From the NCBI GenBank assembly GCA_965216655.1, contig CBDCGP010000002.1, positions 8,482 through 72,481 of the forward strand: a DNA stretch of 64,000 bases, read 5' to 3'. The notes beneath the pieces were generated by a model that had not been told where the DNA came from, searched no databases, and was given only the letters and a program-made list of their open reading frames with translations. This document shows, one piece after another, positions 9,875-18,220 of this stretch. Numbering within the stretch: the stretch's first letter is position 1; each line of letters opens with the position of its first letter. A program made the position numbers and the translations under genes. The DNA is from Acidimicrobiales bacterium. GTDB lineage: Bacteria > Actinomycetota > Acidimicrobiia > Acidimicrobiales > SZUA-35.

Positions 9875-10246
9875 TTCGGCACGCGACACCGTTAGCTCCT
9901 ACGAAACTGAACAGTTCTCGGCGGCGCTACGAGACGGACAGTCGGGTGCGATGTTTTCTGGGCCTCGGGTAGGGAGAGTTTCCCGGATCGGGGTCGTGGC
10001 CGCGGCTCGACGGTGGCGGGGCGCGAGACATCCCGAAGTTGATCGGCTACTGTCGTTAACCGACATCGCATTGATCGAGGCGTTGTGGATGGATAGCAGG
10101 CGGTTCTGGCATGGTGCGGCCTCTTTGATCCCGGGCCGACGTCACTGAGATCCTGAATCCCGTTTCCCGAGCGGGGCCTGCGCCGCCGATATCCACCTGG
10201 CGGTCGGGAACGGCTCCGGGGACACCGCCGCAAGGATGCCACCACC

Positions 10247-12598
10247 ATGAATGATCAGCAGTCGCCGTCTGCTCCTGATCCGGAAAACACGCCACTATCG
10301 AGTCCAGCTGTCTGGTCGCGGCCCGAGCATGCGGTCAGCGATCAGGAGGCGTTCTCGTTGCTTGCCGAGTCGATGGCCGAGAATGCCGGCCCGGAACCCG
10401 AACGCGGCTCACCGGTGGGACGCCCCGATGAAGTTCCACCGCCTGTGCGGGTCAGATCCGATGCCATGCCGCCGGTCGTTCCCTTCCGGTCGGACCTGTC
10501 GTCGATGAGTACGCCGACGGCTGCGGCCGGACGGTTCGGAGCTCCGATGCAATCGTCCGCCGACAATCGTCGGTCCGACTGGTCCACCCCGATCCTGGTC
10601 GAGGACCAGTGGGAGGTCGTCAACGATCCCGAGTCCGAGCTCGTCCACGGCCACGTCACCGAGGTCATCGACCTCACACAGGTGCCACCGGTGCATGTCG
10701 GTGACGGTGGGATACCTGAACACACGTCGAATCGCATTCTGCCCCCTGTCGAGGAGTTCAATGATGCCCGTCCCCTCCCGCCATTGGTCTTCCTCAACAC
10801 GCGAGGCGACGTCATGCCCCGGGTCGGCGAAACGGCGAATGGCCGGAATGGCGATACATTCAACAATGTGGTGGCGGCCTGGGACGGCGACGAGCCATCC
10901 GTGGCAACGGCGATCAGCCCATCCGGAGTCGAGAACATGGCGGAGTCGAGGGGAGATTTTGAAGCGACGGCCGACGCCGGCCGTGCGCCCGATGTCGTCG
11001 ATGTATTCGAGCCACTGGACGGTCACGTCGTGGATCCACCACCGCCACCGATGGACCCGGCGACCGCTCCGCCTCCTCCGTCGCCCGAGCCTGCACAGCC
11101 GGGGGTGATCAATGCCGGTCATACGCAGGTTCTTCCCCCTCGGCCGTCGGCGTCGCCGCCGCCCGGTTCGTTCGTCGAGAACATTCCGAGCATCGAGTTC
11201 GATGACGAGATCGAGGTCGATCCGGGCGTCGATATCGACCTCGGCCATCCGCCGCCTCACGCGGCGGTTCTTCCGCCGGACGCGCCCGGAATCGAGCTCG
11301 ACGCCCGGCTCGAGGAACTGCAACGGATATTCGATCAGTATTCGGGTCCGGTCATCGCGGTCATCGCAAGTATCGCGGGGCGCCGGCCGGCCATCGACGA
11401 GGCGTTGCAGTCGACGTTCGAGGCGGTGTGGAAAACGGTCGACACGTTCGACGCCGACCAGCCGCGCGGCCCATGGATGTTCACCCTCGCCCGCCGTCAG
11501 GCGACCGAGCAGCTCGAGCTGGCCCGCCGGCAGGAACAGGAGTCGAATCCGGGCCGGTACCCCGTGCCCTCGCACCGCCACGACGAGGCCGTCGCCGTTG
11601 ACAAGTCATGGGAGGCGTGGGAGGTGCGGCTGGCGGTCGACCAGCTGAACCAGTCCGAGCACGACGTACTCCGACTGATCCACAACGAAGGCCTCATTCA
11701 CCCCGAGATAGCGGCCAAGCTCCAAACCACCGTCGGTGCCGTCAAGTCCCACGCATACGGCGGATCGCATCGCCTGGTCGAGTTGCTCGACCATGTGATT
11801 CGACCCGACGCGACGGAGGGGTTGACGGTCGATCAGGCCTCGGCGCTCACCTGGTATCTGGCCGGTGTCGCCGACGGCTCGGATCTCGATGCCGGTGAGC
11901 GGTCGGCGGTAAAGCGGGTGCAGGCCCAGTTGGCCAGTGCCACCGCCTGGATCACGCCCGACCCCCACGCCTGTGAGCGGATCCTCGCCTTCGCCCGGCG
12001 AACGCTCGACGATCCTGGTCCGCTCGGTGCGCCGGCAACCGGCCACGGTCTCGGGTTCGTCGGTCGGAACAGCACCGACGCGATTGTTTCCGGCCCGGGC
12101 CCGGTCGCGGCCGACGTCACGGGAGCCCATCCGGAGCCCGGCGGGGGAGACGATGCACCGAAGCGTCCGTGGCTGACGATCGGGCTGACGTTGGCCGGCC
12201 TGGTGGCCCTCGTCGTCGCCTGGACCGTGTTCGCCGGCTCATCCGACTCGACGTCGGAGAAGGTCCGCCGCTATCAGATGCAGACGTCGGGAATCGACGG
12301 CGACGCATCCGGCGTTGTCGAGATCACGGTGGTGCCGACGGGCTCACGCTACGACTTCGAATTCGGCGGCCTCGACGCAACGACCGACGATCACTTCTAC
12401 GCAGCCTGGCTCCAGAGTTCGGTCGAGGGCGCCATCGTTCCCCTCGGCACGTTCAGCTGGCGGGCAGCGGGAGATCCGCTGGTACTGTCCGGACCGACCT
12501 GGTCCGACGCCTACGATCTGCTGGTCATCACCAGAAGCGACACGATGACCAGGGCGTCGATCGACGATCCCATGGTGCTGTCGGTTTCGATCGAGTAG
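10247..12598 (+). CDS. ECF-type sigma-70 domains fused to a TM helix and an RskA-like anti-sigma domain, with a long Pro-rich N-terminal extension
   Basis: Region-2-like FEAVWKTVDTFDADQPRGPWMFTLARRQATEQL. Region-4 HTH SEHDVLRLIHNEGLIHPEIAAKLQTTVGAVKSHAYGGSHRL. TM helix WLTIGLTLAGLVALVVAWTVFAG. C-terminal YAAWLQS...VPLGTF, typical of anti-sigma-K (RskA) domains. Confidence 0.7.
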   Translation: MNDQQSPSAPDPENTPLSSPAVWSRPEHAVSDQEAFSLLAESMAENAGPEPERGSPVGRPDEVPPPVRVRSDAMPPVVPFRSDLSSMSTPTAAAGRFGAPMQSSADNRRSDWSTPILVEDQWEVVNDPESELVHGHVTEVIDLTQVPPVHVGDGGIPEHTSNRILPPVEEFNDARPLPPLVFLNTRGDVMPRVGETANGRNGDTFNNVVAAWDGDEPSVATAISPSGVENMAESRGDFEATADAGRAPDVVDVFEPLDGHVVDPPPPPMDPATAPPPPSPEPAQPGVINAGHTQVLPPRPSASPPPGSFVENIPSIEFDDEIEVDPGVDIDLGHPPPHAAVLPPDAPGIELDARLEELQRIFDQYSGPVIAVIASIAGRRPAIDEALQSTFEAVWKTVDTFDADQPRGPWMFTLARRQATEQLELARRQEQESNPGRYPVPSHRHDEAVAVDKSWEAWEVRLAVDQLNQSEHDVLRLIHNEGLIHPEIAAKLQTTVGAVKSHAYGGSHRLVELLDHVIRPDATEGLTVDQASALTWYLAGVADGSDLDAGERSAVKRVQAQLASATAWITPDPHACERILAFARRTLDDPGPLGAPATGHGLGFVGRNSTDAIVSGPGPVAADVTGAHPEPGGGDDAPKRPWLTIGLTLAGLVALVVAWTVFAGSSDSTSEKVRRYQMQTSGIDGDASGVVEITVVPTGSRYDFEFGGLDATTDDHFYAAWLQSSVEGAIVPLGTFSWRAAGDPLVLSGPTWSDAYDLLVITRSDTMTRASIDDPMVLSVSIE

Positions 12599-12604
12599 CG
12601 ACGG

Positions 12605-13441
12605 CTACGGTCCGACCGAGATGCCGCTGCCATCGACGATCTGCCAGCCCAGCCGGCTGTGCCCGATGGATTGGGTGTAGAAGACGGCGATCCAGCGGGT
12701 CGACTCGCCGGCCCCGACGGTGAGCGCACCGCCGTAGAAGCCGTCCCCGGAAAACGTTCCCATCCACGAGTAGTCGGTCACTCTCGGCGGCAGTGTTGAT
12801 TGGGCCATGACCGCATTGCCCAAACCCTGTTCGAGGGTGACCATCAAAACCTCGTCGGGCTCGTCCCCCTCGTTGGTGATCAGCCGATCCGCGAACACGA
12901 CCGGTCCGGTCAGTGGTCGGATGCTCAGTCCCTCGACCGTGCCGGAACCGCAATACCAGTGGGTGCCCGGAGGATACCAACGCAGATAACCGGACAACGG
13001 CCGTGCCGTGGCCGTCTTGCGGACGAAGTCCTCGGACTCGATGAGCGTGAGCGCCATCTCCCCCCGTGGGTAGCCGGTGTTGAGAATACGGGTCCAGTGG
13101 TCGAGGATCTGCTGCGACGGCGGCGGATTGCGGGTGTTCCGGTACATCAGCTCGACGAATTCTGAGGAGGTGAGCGATCCGTGCTGGCGGTTGAACTCGG
13201 CCGACCGGGCGAGGTCGGTCGTTATGGCCGCTAGATTCGCCTGTCCTGATCCATATTGATTCGTCCAATGGAACGCCTCATTGAGATCCGGTTCACGGAG
13301 AAACAGGGCGATGAAGATGCGCCGAATCGAGTCGGTCATCTCCGGGCACGCGCTGTCGGGATGGCTGTCGGCGTCGATGCCCGCAGTCGGACCGGCCAGC
13401 AGAATCGATCCCAGCATGGTGACCGCCACCAGCAGGCGCAT
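12605..13441 (-). CDS. secreted DUF4214-like protein
   Basis: Signal peptide MRLLVAVTMLGSILLAG. The segment IRRIFIALFLREPDLNEAFHWTNQY...LARSAEF resembles DUF4214. An alternative start at 13540 is possible. Confidence 0.65.
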   Translation of the reverse strand: MRLLVAVTMLGSILLAGPTAGIDADSHPDSACPEMTDSIRRIFIALFLREPDLNEAFHWTNQYGSGQANLAAITTDLARSAEFNRQHGSLTSSEFVELMYRNTRNPPPSQQILDHWTRILNTGYPRGEMALTLIESEDFVRKTATARPLSGYLRWYPPGTHWYCGSGTVEGLSIRPLTGPVVFADRLITNEGDEPDEVLMVTLEQGLGNAVMAQSTLPPRVTDYSWMGTFSGDGFYGGALTVGAGESTRWIAVFYTQSIGHSRLGWQIVDGSGISVGP

Positions 13442-13859
13442 CACGACGCCGGCGCCGCCTCGGCGCGGTGAAGTGGCGTCATCATCAGGATGATCCCGAT
13501 ATCGCTGCCTGAGTGGTTCTTCGGTGTACATAGGATTCAACTGGTGCCAATTGACGGTAGGCGGTCACGTTCAAGCTCTGAATTCCAATGTCGCCTTGTG
13601 CGGAAGATGCTATCAGCATGTCGAATTGAAGTTCGAGCCCACACATCGGTCGGTGTCGGGAAACCTACCACCGGGGCGGTTCGGCCCCTCCGGAAGCAAG
13701 TTGCCGTCGGTGAGAATGGGTGCTCGATTCTTGGCAGGTCGAGCGCCACCTGTTTGATCTTATTTCTCGGTATTTGTAGCTGCTTGTTTATGCACTATAG
13801 ATTGATGGAGTGCTTGACAATATGCTGTATTATTTTGATTGGTGAGCGTAGATACTCGC

Positions 13860-15545
13860 ATGACATTCGAGCGCCGGAAGCCCTCGGTCGATCTCCGGGC
13901 CTTTCTGGATCCTCTGAAGCCGGGGTCCTATTTCGACTGCGGTGAGGCCCGCCTGGGCGGGATCGATGTTGCACTCGAGGAGGAGGCGTTGCGGCGGGGC
14001 CGCCCCGTTGGCGAGGATTCCTTCCAGCTGGTCGCCACCGACGGCGGTTTGATCTACTGCCGCGCGTCGATCATGTTCGCCATCGCCGCTCGCTGGAAGG
14101 ACCTGACCATCGGTCGGCCCGAGGATGGCGCTGCGGCCGACGAGTCCGTTCTTCCCGTGACGTGGCCCACCCACGGCGATCTCCGGTTCACGGTCAGCCG
14201 GCGTCTCGGCAGCAACATCTTTCGCCGATGGCTGCAACTGCAGGCTCAGGCCACCCGGCGAAGCCAGGTCGAGCAGGACGTTCGCTTCGAGCGGACCCGC
14301 GCCTTCACCTCCGGTTCGGACAACGGCGACGTGAACGGACACGACGGTCGAGCCAACGGATGGAATGGGGAGGCCAACGGCGTCCCTGTCAACGGTCGGA
14401 ATGGGGACGACGCCCGGCCCGGGACCGACGATGCGAATGGTGAGGCCGACCACGCAGTTGCCGCCAGCAACGGCGCGACCCACGATGATGTCCTCGACCT
14501 TCGCCCGGCGACCGAGGCGGAACCGACGGTGTCGTTCGATCCGCTGGCGACCATCGACGAAGCGGTCGTGGACGACTGGGTCGATGACCGCGTTCCGGCC
14601 ACCTCACCGTCGTCCTCCACTTCTCCCTCTGCCGCGGCTCCGCCTTCGACTACCACTCCGGTCCGGATTCCGCCCGAACGGTCCGACAACGGCGACGATC
14701 CGACCGCTGATCCGTTCAACGGACACCCGATCCGCGGCGACGCAGCGGTCGATCCAGTGGCCGACCCGGCCGCCACCCATTTCATGCGCCGGACCGTCGA
14801 CGGCACCGAGATCTTTCCCGATCAACGGGCCGGGAGGGACGGCGGGGATTTCGGCCGTTCGGTCGTCGACGCCCCGTCATTGCCGTCGGGCGACGGCGGT
14901 GGCTCTCGCAACGGACCGCTGGGCGTCCCGGTACCCGAGATAAGCGGCGCCCGACTCCAGCGAGCCGCGGGCAGCCCCGATTCGGTGGCCGTTCCCAGAC
15001 TCGACATCAGGTCCACGCTCCTGGCCGGACGACGTGAGTCGGAGTGGATCGAGGCCCTCCGCCGTCGCCAGGTTTTCATCCTCGGGCTCGTCACCATCCT
15101 CGCCCTGGCGGTCATCGCCCTGATCGGCTTCTTCTCCGGTGGCGACAACGGTGACATCGAAGCGAGCGCCGGCGCCGTCGTCGAAGCCGCCGACGGCGAT
15201 ACAACGCCGCAAACCCTGTCGAGCGACGCCGGCCCGGCGGTCGACGACACCAGCGTCACCCCGACCACGACGCAGGCCGCGGAAGCCGATCAGATGGCCG
15301 CACAATCAACCGTGCCGACGCTTCGGGTCAGTAGCACAGCGGTGCAGATCTGCCACTCGAACTACGGAGGCTGCGTTCCGGTCGCCGCCGATGTCGACTG
15401 TGAGGGCGACGGCGACGGCCCGGCCTTCCAGGTCGCCCCGGTTGCCGTATTCGGTGACGACGTGTACGAACTCGACACCGACAACGATCGGGAGGCCTGC
15501 GAACCGGATCAGCCGCGGGCATCGGTCGACGCCGACGACGGCTGA
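13860..15545 (+). CDS. membrane protein with a C-terminal Excalibur-type Ca-binding motif
   Basis: Single TM helix FILGLVTILALAVIALIGFF. C-terminal CHSNYGGCVP...LDTDNDREACE matches the DxDxDGxxCE-type Excalibur signature. I preferred the ATG at 13860 over the GTG at 13839. Confidence 0.6.
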   Translation: MTFERRKPSVDLRAFLDPLKPGSYFDCGEARLGGIDVALEEEALRRGRPVGEDSFQLVATDGGLIYCRASIMFAIAARWKDLTIGRPEDGAAADESVLPVTWPTHGDLRFTVSRRLGSNIFRRWLQLQAQATRRSQVEQDVRFERTRAFTSGSDNGDVNGHDGRANGWNGEANGVPVNGRNGDDARPGTDDANGEADHAVAASNGATHDDVLDLRPATEAEPTVSFDPLATIDEAVVDDWVDDRVPATSPSSSTSPSAAAPPSTTTPVRIPPERSDNGDDPTADPFNGHPIRGDAAVDPVADPAATHFMRRTVDGTEIFPDQRAGRDGGDFGRSVVDAPSLPSGDGGGSRNGPLGVPVPEISGARLQRAAGSPDSVAVPRLDIRSTLLAGRRESEWIEALRRRQVFILGLVTILALAVIALIGFFSGGDNGDIEASAGAVVEAADGDTTPQTLSSDAGPAVDDTSVTPTTTQAAEADQMAAQSTVPTLRVSSTAVQICHSNYGGCVPVAADVDCEGDGDGPAFQVAPVAVFGDDVYELDTDNDREACEPDQPRASVDADDG

Positions 15546-15575
15546 TCACGCGCCACGTTCAACGGCCCGACCACG

Positions 15576-16400
15576 TCAAGGCGCACGATCGGCGAGGGCG
15601 AAGGCCGCCCAGTCGTCGATGCCGGCACGTCCGTCCACCCGGAGGCCCGGGCGGTGGCGCTGATAGGCGGCGAGCAACCGATCCGACTGATGATCGAGAA
15701 AGCCGGCGACCACCACCGAGCCGCCCGGCGCCAGGAGCCCCATCGCGGCCTGCGCAACCCGCTCGTGGACGACGAGCAGCACGTTGGCCAGAATGAGATC
15801 GAAACCCGTGAATCCCAGGGAGGCGACGACATCGACGTCGCCGAGCACCAGGTCGATGACGACCCCGTTTGCCGAGGCGTTGTACCGGGCCGAATCGATT
15901 GCGCCGGCATCGATATCCGATGCCACGACACGGTCTGCTCCCAGGTGATGGGCGGCGATGGCCAACACGCCCGACCCGGTGCCGAGGTCGAGCACATGCT
16001 CACCCGTTCCGTCGGCGTCCGCGTACATCTCACTCATCAACTCGAGGGCGAGCCGGGTGGTCGGATGGCTCCCGTGACCGAACGCCGGTCCGGCCACGAT
16101 CGGGAACGTCACCGTCCCGCCGGTCGTGGTGACGGTGACGTCGGCGGGTTCGCGGCGGACCCAGCTGTCGTCGATCGATTCGACCCGGCCGACGAGATTG
16201 TGTCGGGGGGCAAGACCGGCGGCCCGCTCGGCGGCATCCAACCGATCGAACCCGGCTATCAAGCGCCCTCCATCGGCCACCACACCAAGGGTGCCCAGAT
16301 CCCACAGTTCAGAGACAAGCAGCTCGTGATCAGCCAGAGGGTCCTCCGAAGGCGATGCCTGCCCGTCAGGTGAGAGCGAGAAGTTGACCAACCACGGCAC
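15576..16400 (-). CDS. prmA: ribosomal protein L11 methyltransferase
   Basis: AFGHGSHPTTRLALELM and the SAM motif VLDLGTGSGVLAIAAHHLGADRVVASDID. Confidence 0.85.
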   Translation of the reverse strand: MPWLVNFSLSPDGQASPSEDPLADHELLVSELWDLGTLGVVADGGRLIAGFDRLDAAERAAGLAPRHNLVGRVESIDDSWVRREPADVTVTTTGGTVTFPIVAGPAFGHGSHPTTRLALELMSEMYADADGTGEHVLDLGTGSGVLAIAAHHLGADRVVASDIDAGAIDSARYNASANGVVIDLVLGDVDVVASLGFTGFDLILANVLLVVHERVAQAAMGLLAPGGSVVVAGFLDHQSDRLLAAYQRHRPGLRVDGRAGIDDWAAFALADRAP

Positions 16401-16411
16401 CTGAACATCCT

Positions 16412-16441
16412 ATGGGTCACCATGGGTCACCATGGGTCACC
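16412..16441. repeat. perfect tandem repeat, 10 bp x 3 (ATGGGTCACC)
   Basis: Units at 16412-16421, 16422-16431 and 16432-16441, in the divergent prmA/ppx intergenic region. Confidence 0.9.
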
Positions 16442-16462
16442 GGTTGCCGTACGATCGATGTC

Positions 16463-18118
16463 GTGTCCGCCTCGAACACCGAGATCACCGGTCGGCTTGC
16501 ATCCGACCAGGCCGACGATGACACCCGGCCTCCTGTCCTTGCGGCCATCGACATGGGCACCAACTCGTTTCACATGGTGGTGGCCCGAGGCGCCGTCGAC
16601 GGTGGGTTCGAGGTGATCACAACCGAGAAGGACATGGTGCGGCTCGGCAAGGGCAGCGGCGAGATGAAGCAGCTCACCCCCGAGGCCATGGAGCGGGGGA
16701 TAGCGTCGCTGAAACGGATGCTGGCCGTCGCCGCCAGCTATGACGCCGCCGTCTCGGCGGTGGCCACCAGCGCGGTCCGGGAGGCCAGGAACCGGTTCGA
16801 GTTCCTCGACCGCGTGGAGGCCGAGACGGGCTTGACGATCGACGTCATCAGCGGCTTCGAGGAAGCCCGCTTGATCCACCTTGGAGTGCTGCAGGCGCTT
16901 CCGGTTTTCGACAAGCGTATTCTTGTCGTCGACATCGGCGGTGGCAGTACGGAGCTGCTGGTCGGTGAGGGCGACGCCCTCAAGGCCGTTCGCAGTGTGA
17001 AGCTCGGATCGATCCGACTGACCGATCGCTTCTTCCGTTCCGACGATGCGGCCGCCAAGATCGCGCCGGAGCAGGTCGACGAATGTCGACGATACGTCCG
17101 CAGCATTCTGGCCGGCGCGGCCCACGACCTGGAACCGCTGGGACACGAGGTGGCCATCGGTAGTTCGGGAACGATCACCGCGCTCGGCGTGCTGGCCGCC
17201 ACCGAGCGGGGAGAGGAGCTCGCGTTCACCAACGGACTCGTGTTCAGCCGCAGTGAACTGGCCGCATTGGTCGACCGGCTGGTGAGGTCGACCGAGTCCG
17301 AACGGCTGGCCATGGACGGGATGGACGATCGTCGGGTCGACATCATCGTCGGAGGCGCACTTCTCCTCGAGGCGGTGTTCGAGATGCTGGGCGTCGCCGA
17401 GATGACCGTTTCCGGATACGCACTGCGTGAGGGGGTGCTCTACGATCGGCTGTCGGCCCGGGCGGCCGGCAACACGCGGCTGTCGGACCTGCGCCGATCG
17501 AATGCCCGCCGCCTGTCGCAGCAGCTCGATCCCGATTCGCGCCACGCCGAGGTCTGCGCCCGACTGGCCGTGCGGCTGTTCGACGAGACGCGGGACCTTC
17601 ACGGGCTCGGCGACGACGATCGGGAGCTGCTGGACATGGCGGCGCTCGTCCACAACGTGGGTCTCTCGATCTCCCATGCCGCCCACCACCAGCACACCTA
17701 CTACATCGTTCGCAACTCCGAGCAGCTGACCGGGTTCACCGACCGTGAACTCGAGCTGCTGGCTCAAATCGCCCGCTATCACCGCCGAAGCCACCCGTCG
17801 CCGCGCCACGCCGAATTCGCCGGGCTCGGAGCCGACGACCAGCGGCAGGTCTCGGTCCTGGCCGGACTGCTGCGGGTGGCGATCGGCCTCGATCGGGGCC
17901 ATCAGGGCTCGGTCGGCGATGTCGTCGTCGCGGTCGGTGACGCTCCTCCGAGCGCCGATTGGCAGCCGGATCGGCCGGGTCGTCGCTGGTTGACGATTCG
18001 CCCCGTCGCCATCGACGAGGGCCTCGATCTCGATCTGGAGATCTACTCGGCGCAGGAGCGATCCGGTCTGCTTTCCGAGGCGCTCGACTTCAACGTCGCC
18101 GTCATCGGATCGGGGTGA
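16463..18118 (+). CDS. Ppx/GppA family phosphatase with a C-terminal HD domain
   Basis: AAIDMGTNSFHMVV, the actin-fold phosphate-1 motif typical of Ppx/GppA, and HD region HNVGLSISHAAHHQHTYYIV. I preferred the GTG at 16463 because the ATG at 16412 lies inside the tandem repeat. Confidence 0.85.
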   Translation: MSASNTEITGRLASDQADDDTRPPVLAAIDMGTNSFHMVVARGAVDGGFEVITTEKDMVRLGKGSGEMKQLTPEAMERGIASLKRMLAVAASYDAAVSAVATSAVREARNRFEFLDRVEAETGLTIDVISGFEEARLIHLGVLQALPVFDKRILVVDIGGGSTELLVGEGDALKAVRSVKLGSIRLTDRFFRSDDAAAKIAPEQVDECRRYVRSILAGAAHDLEPLGHEVAIGSSGTITALGVLAATERGEELAFTNGLVFSRSELAALVDRLVRSTESERLAMDGMDDRRVDIIVGGALLLEAVFEMLGVAEMTVSGYALREGVLYDRLSARAAGNTRLSDLRRSNARRLSQQLDPDSRHAEVCARLAVRLFDETRDLHGLGDDDRELLDMAALVHNVGLSISHAAHHQHTYYIVRNSEQLTGFTDRELELLAQIARYHRRSHPSPRHAEFAGLGADDQRQVSVLAGLLRVAIGLDRGHQGSVGDVVVAVGDAPPSADWQPDRPGRRWLTIRPVAIDEGLDLDLEIYSAQERSGLLSEALDFNVAVIGSG

Positions 18119-18140
18119 CCATGGGATTGGCCCGATCGGA

Positions 18141-18170
18141 TTGACATCGGGTTAGTCAACTGGCTAGCTT
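18141..18170 (+). promoter_or_regulatory. candidate promoter of the ABC transporter operon
   Basis: TTGACA (18141-18146), N18, then TAGCTT (18165-18170), about 50 nt upstream of the ATG at 18221. Confidence 0.35.
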
Positions 18171-18220
18171 TCTGGGAGGTCCGACGCACCTGGAATCGTC
18201 GGCCGGAAGGGGAGATCCAC

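Noticed and set aside
10409-11581. 390-aa minus-strand ORF antisense to the sigma/anti-sigma gene
   Set aside because: Its composition is extremely Arg-rich with no recognisable motifs. This is a typical shadow ORF in high-GC DNA.
16427-17902. 491-aa minus-strand ORF antisense to ppx/gppA
   Set aside because: It is a shadow ORF. The plus-strand frame carries clear Ppx/GppA and HD motifs.
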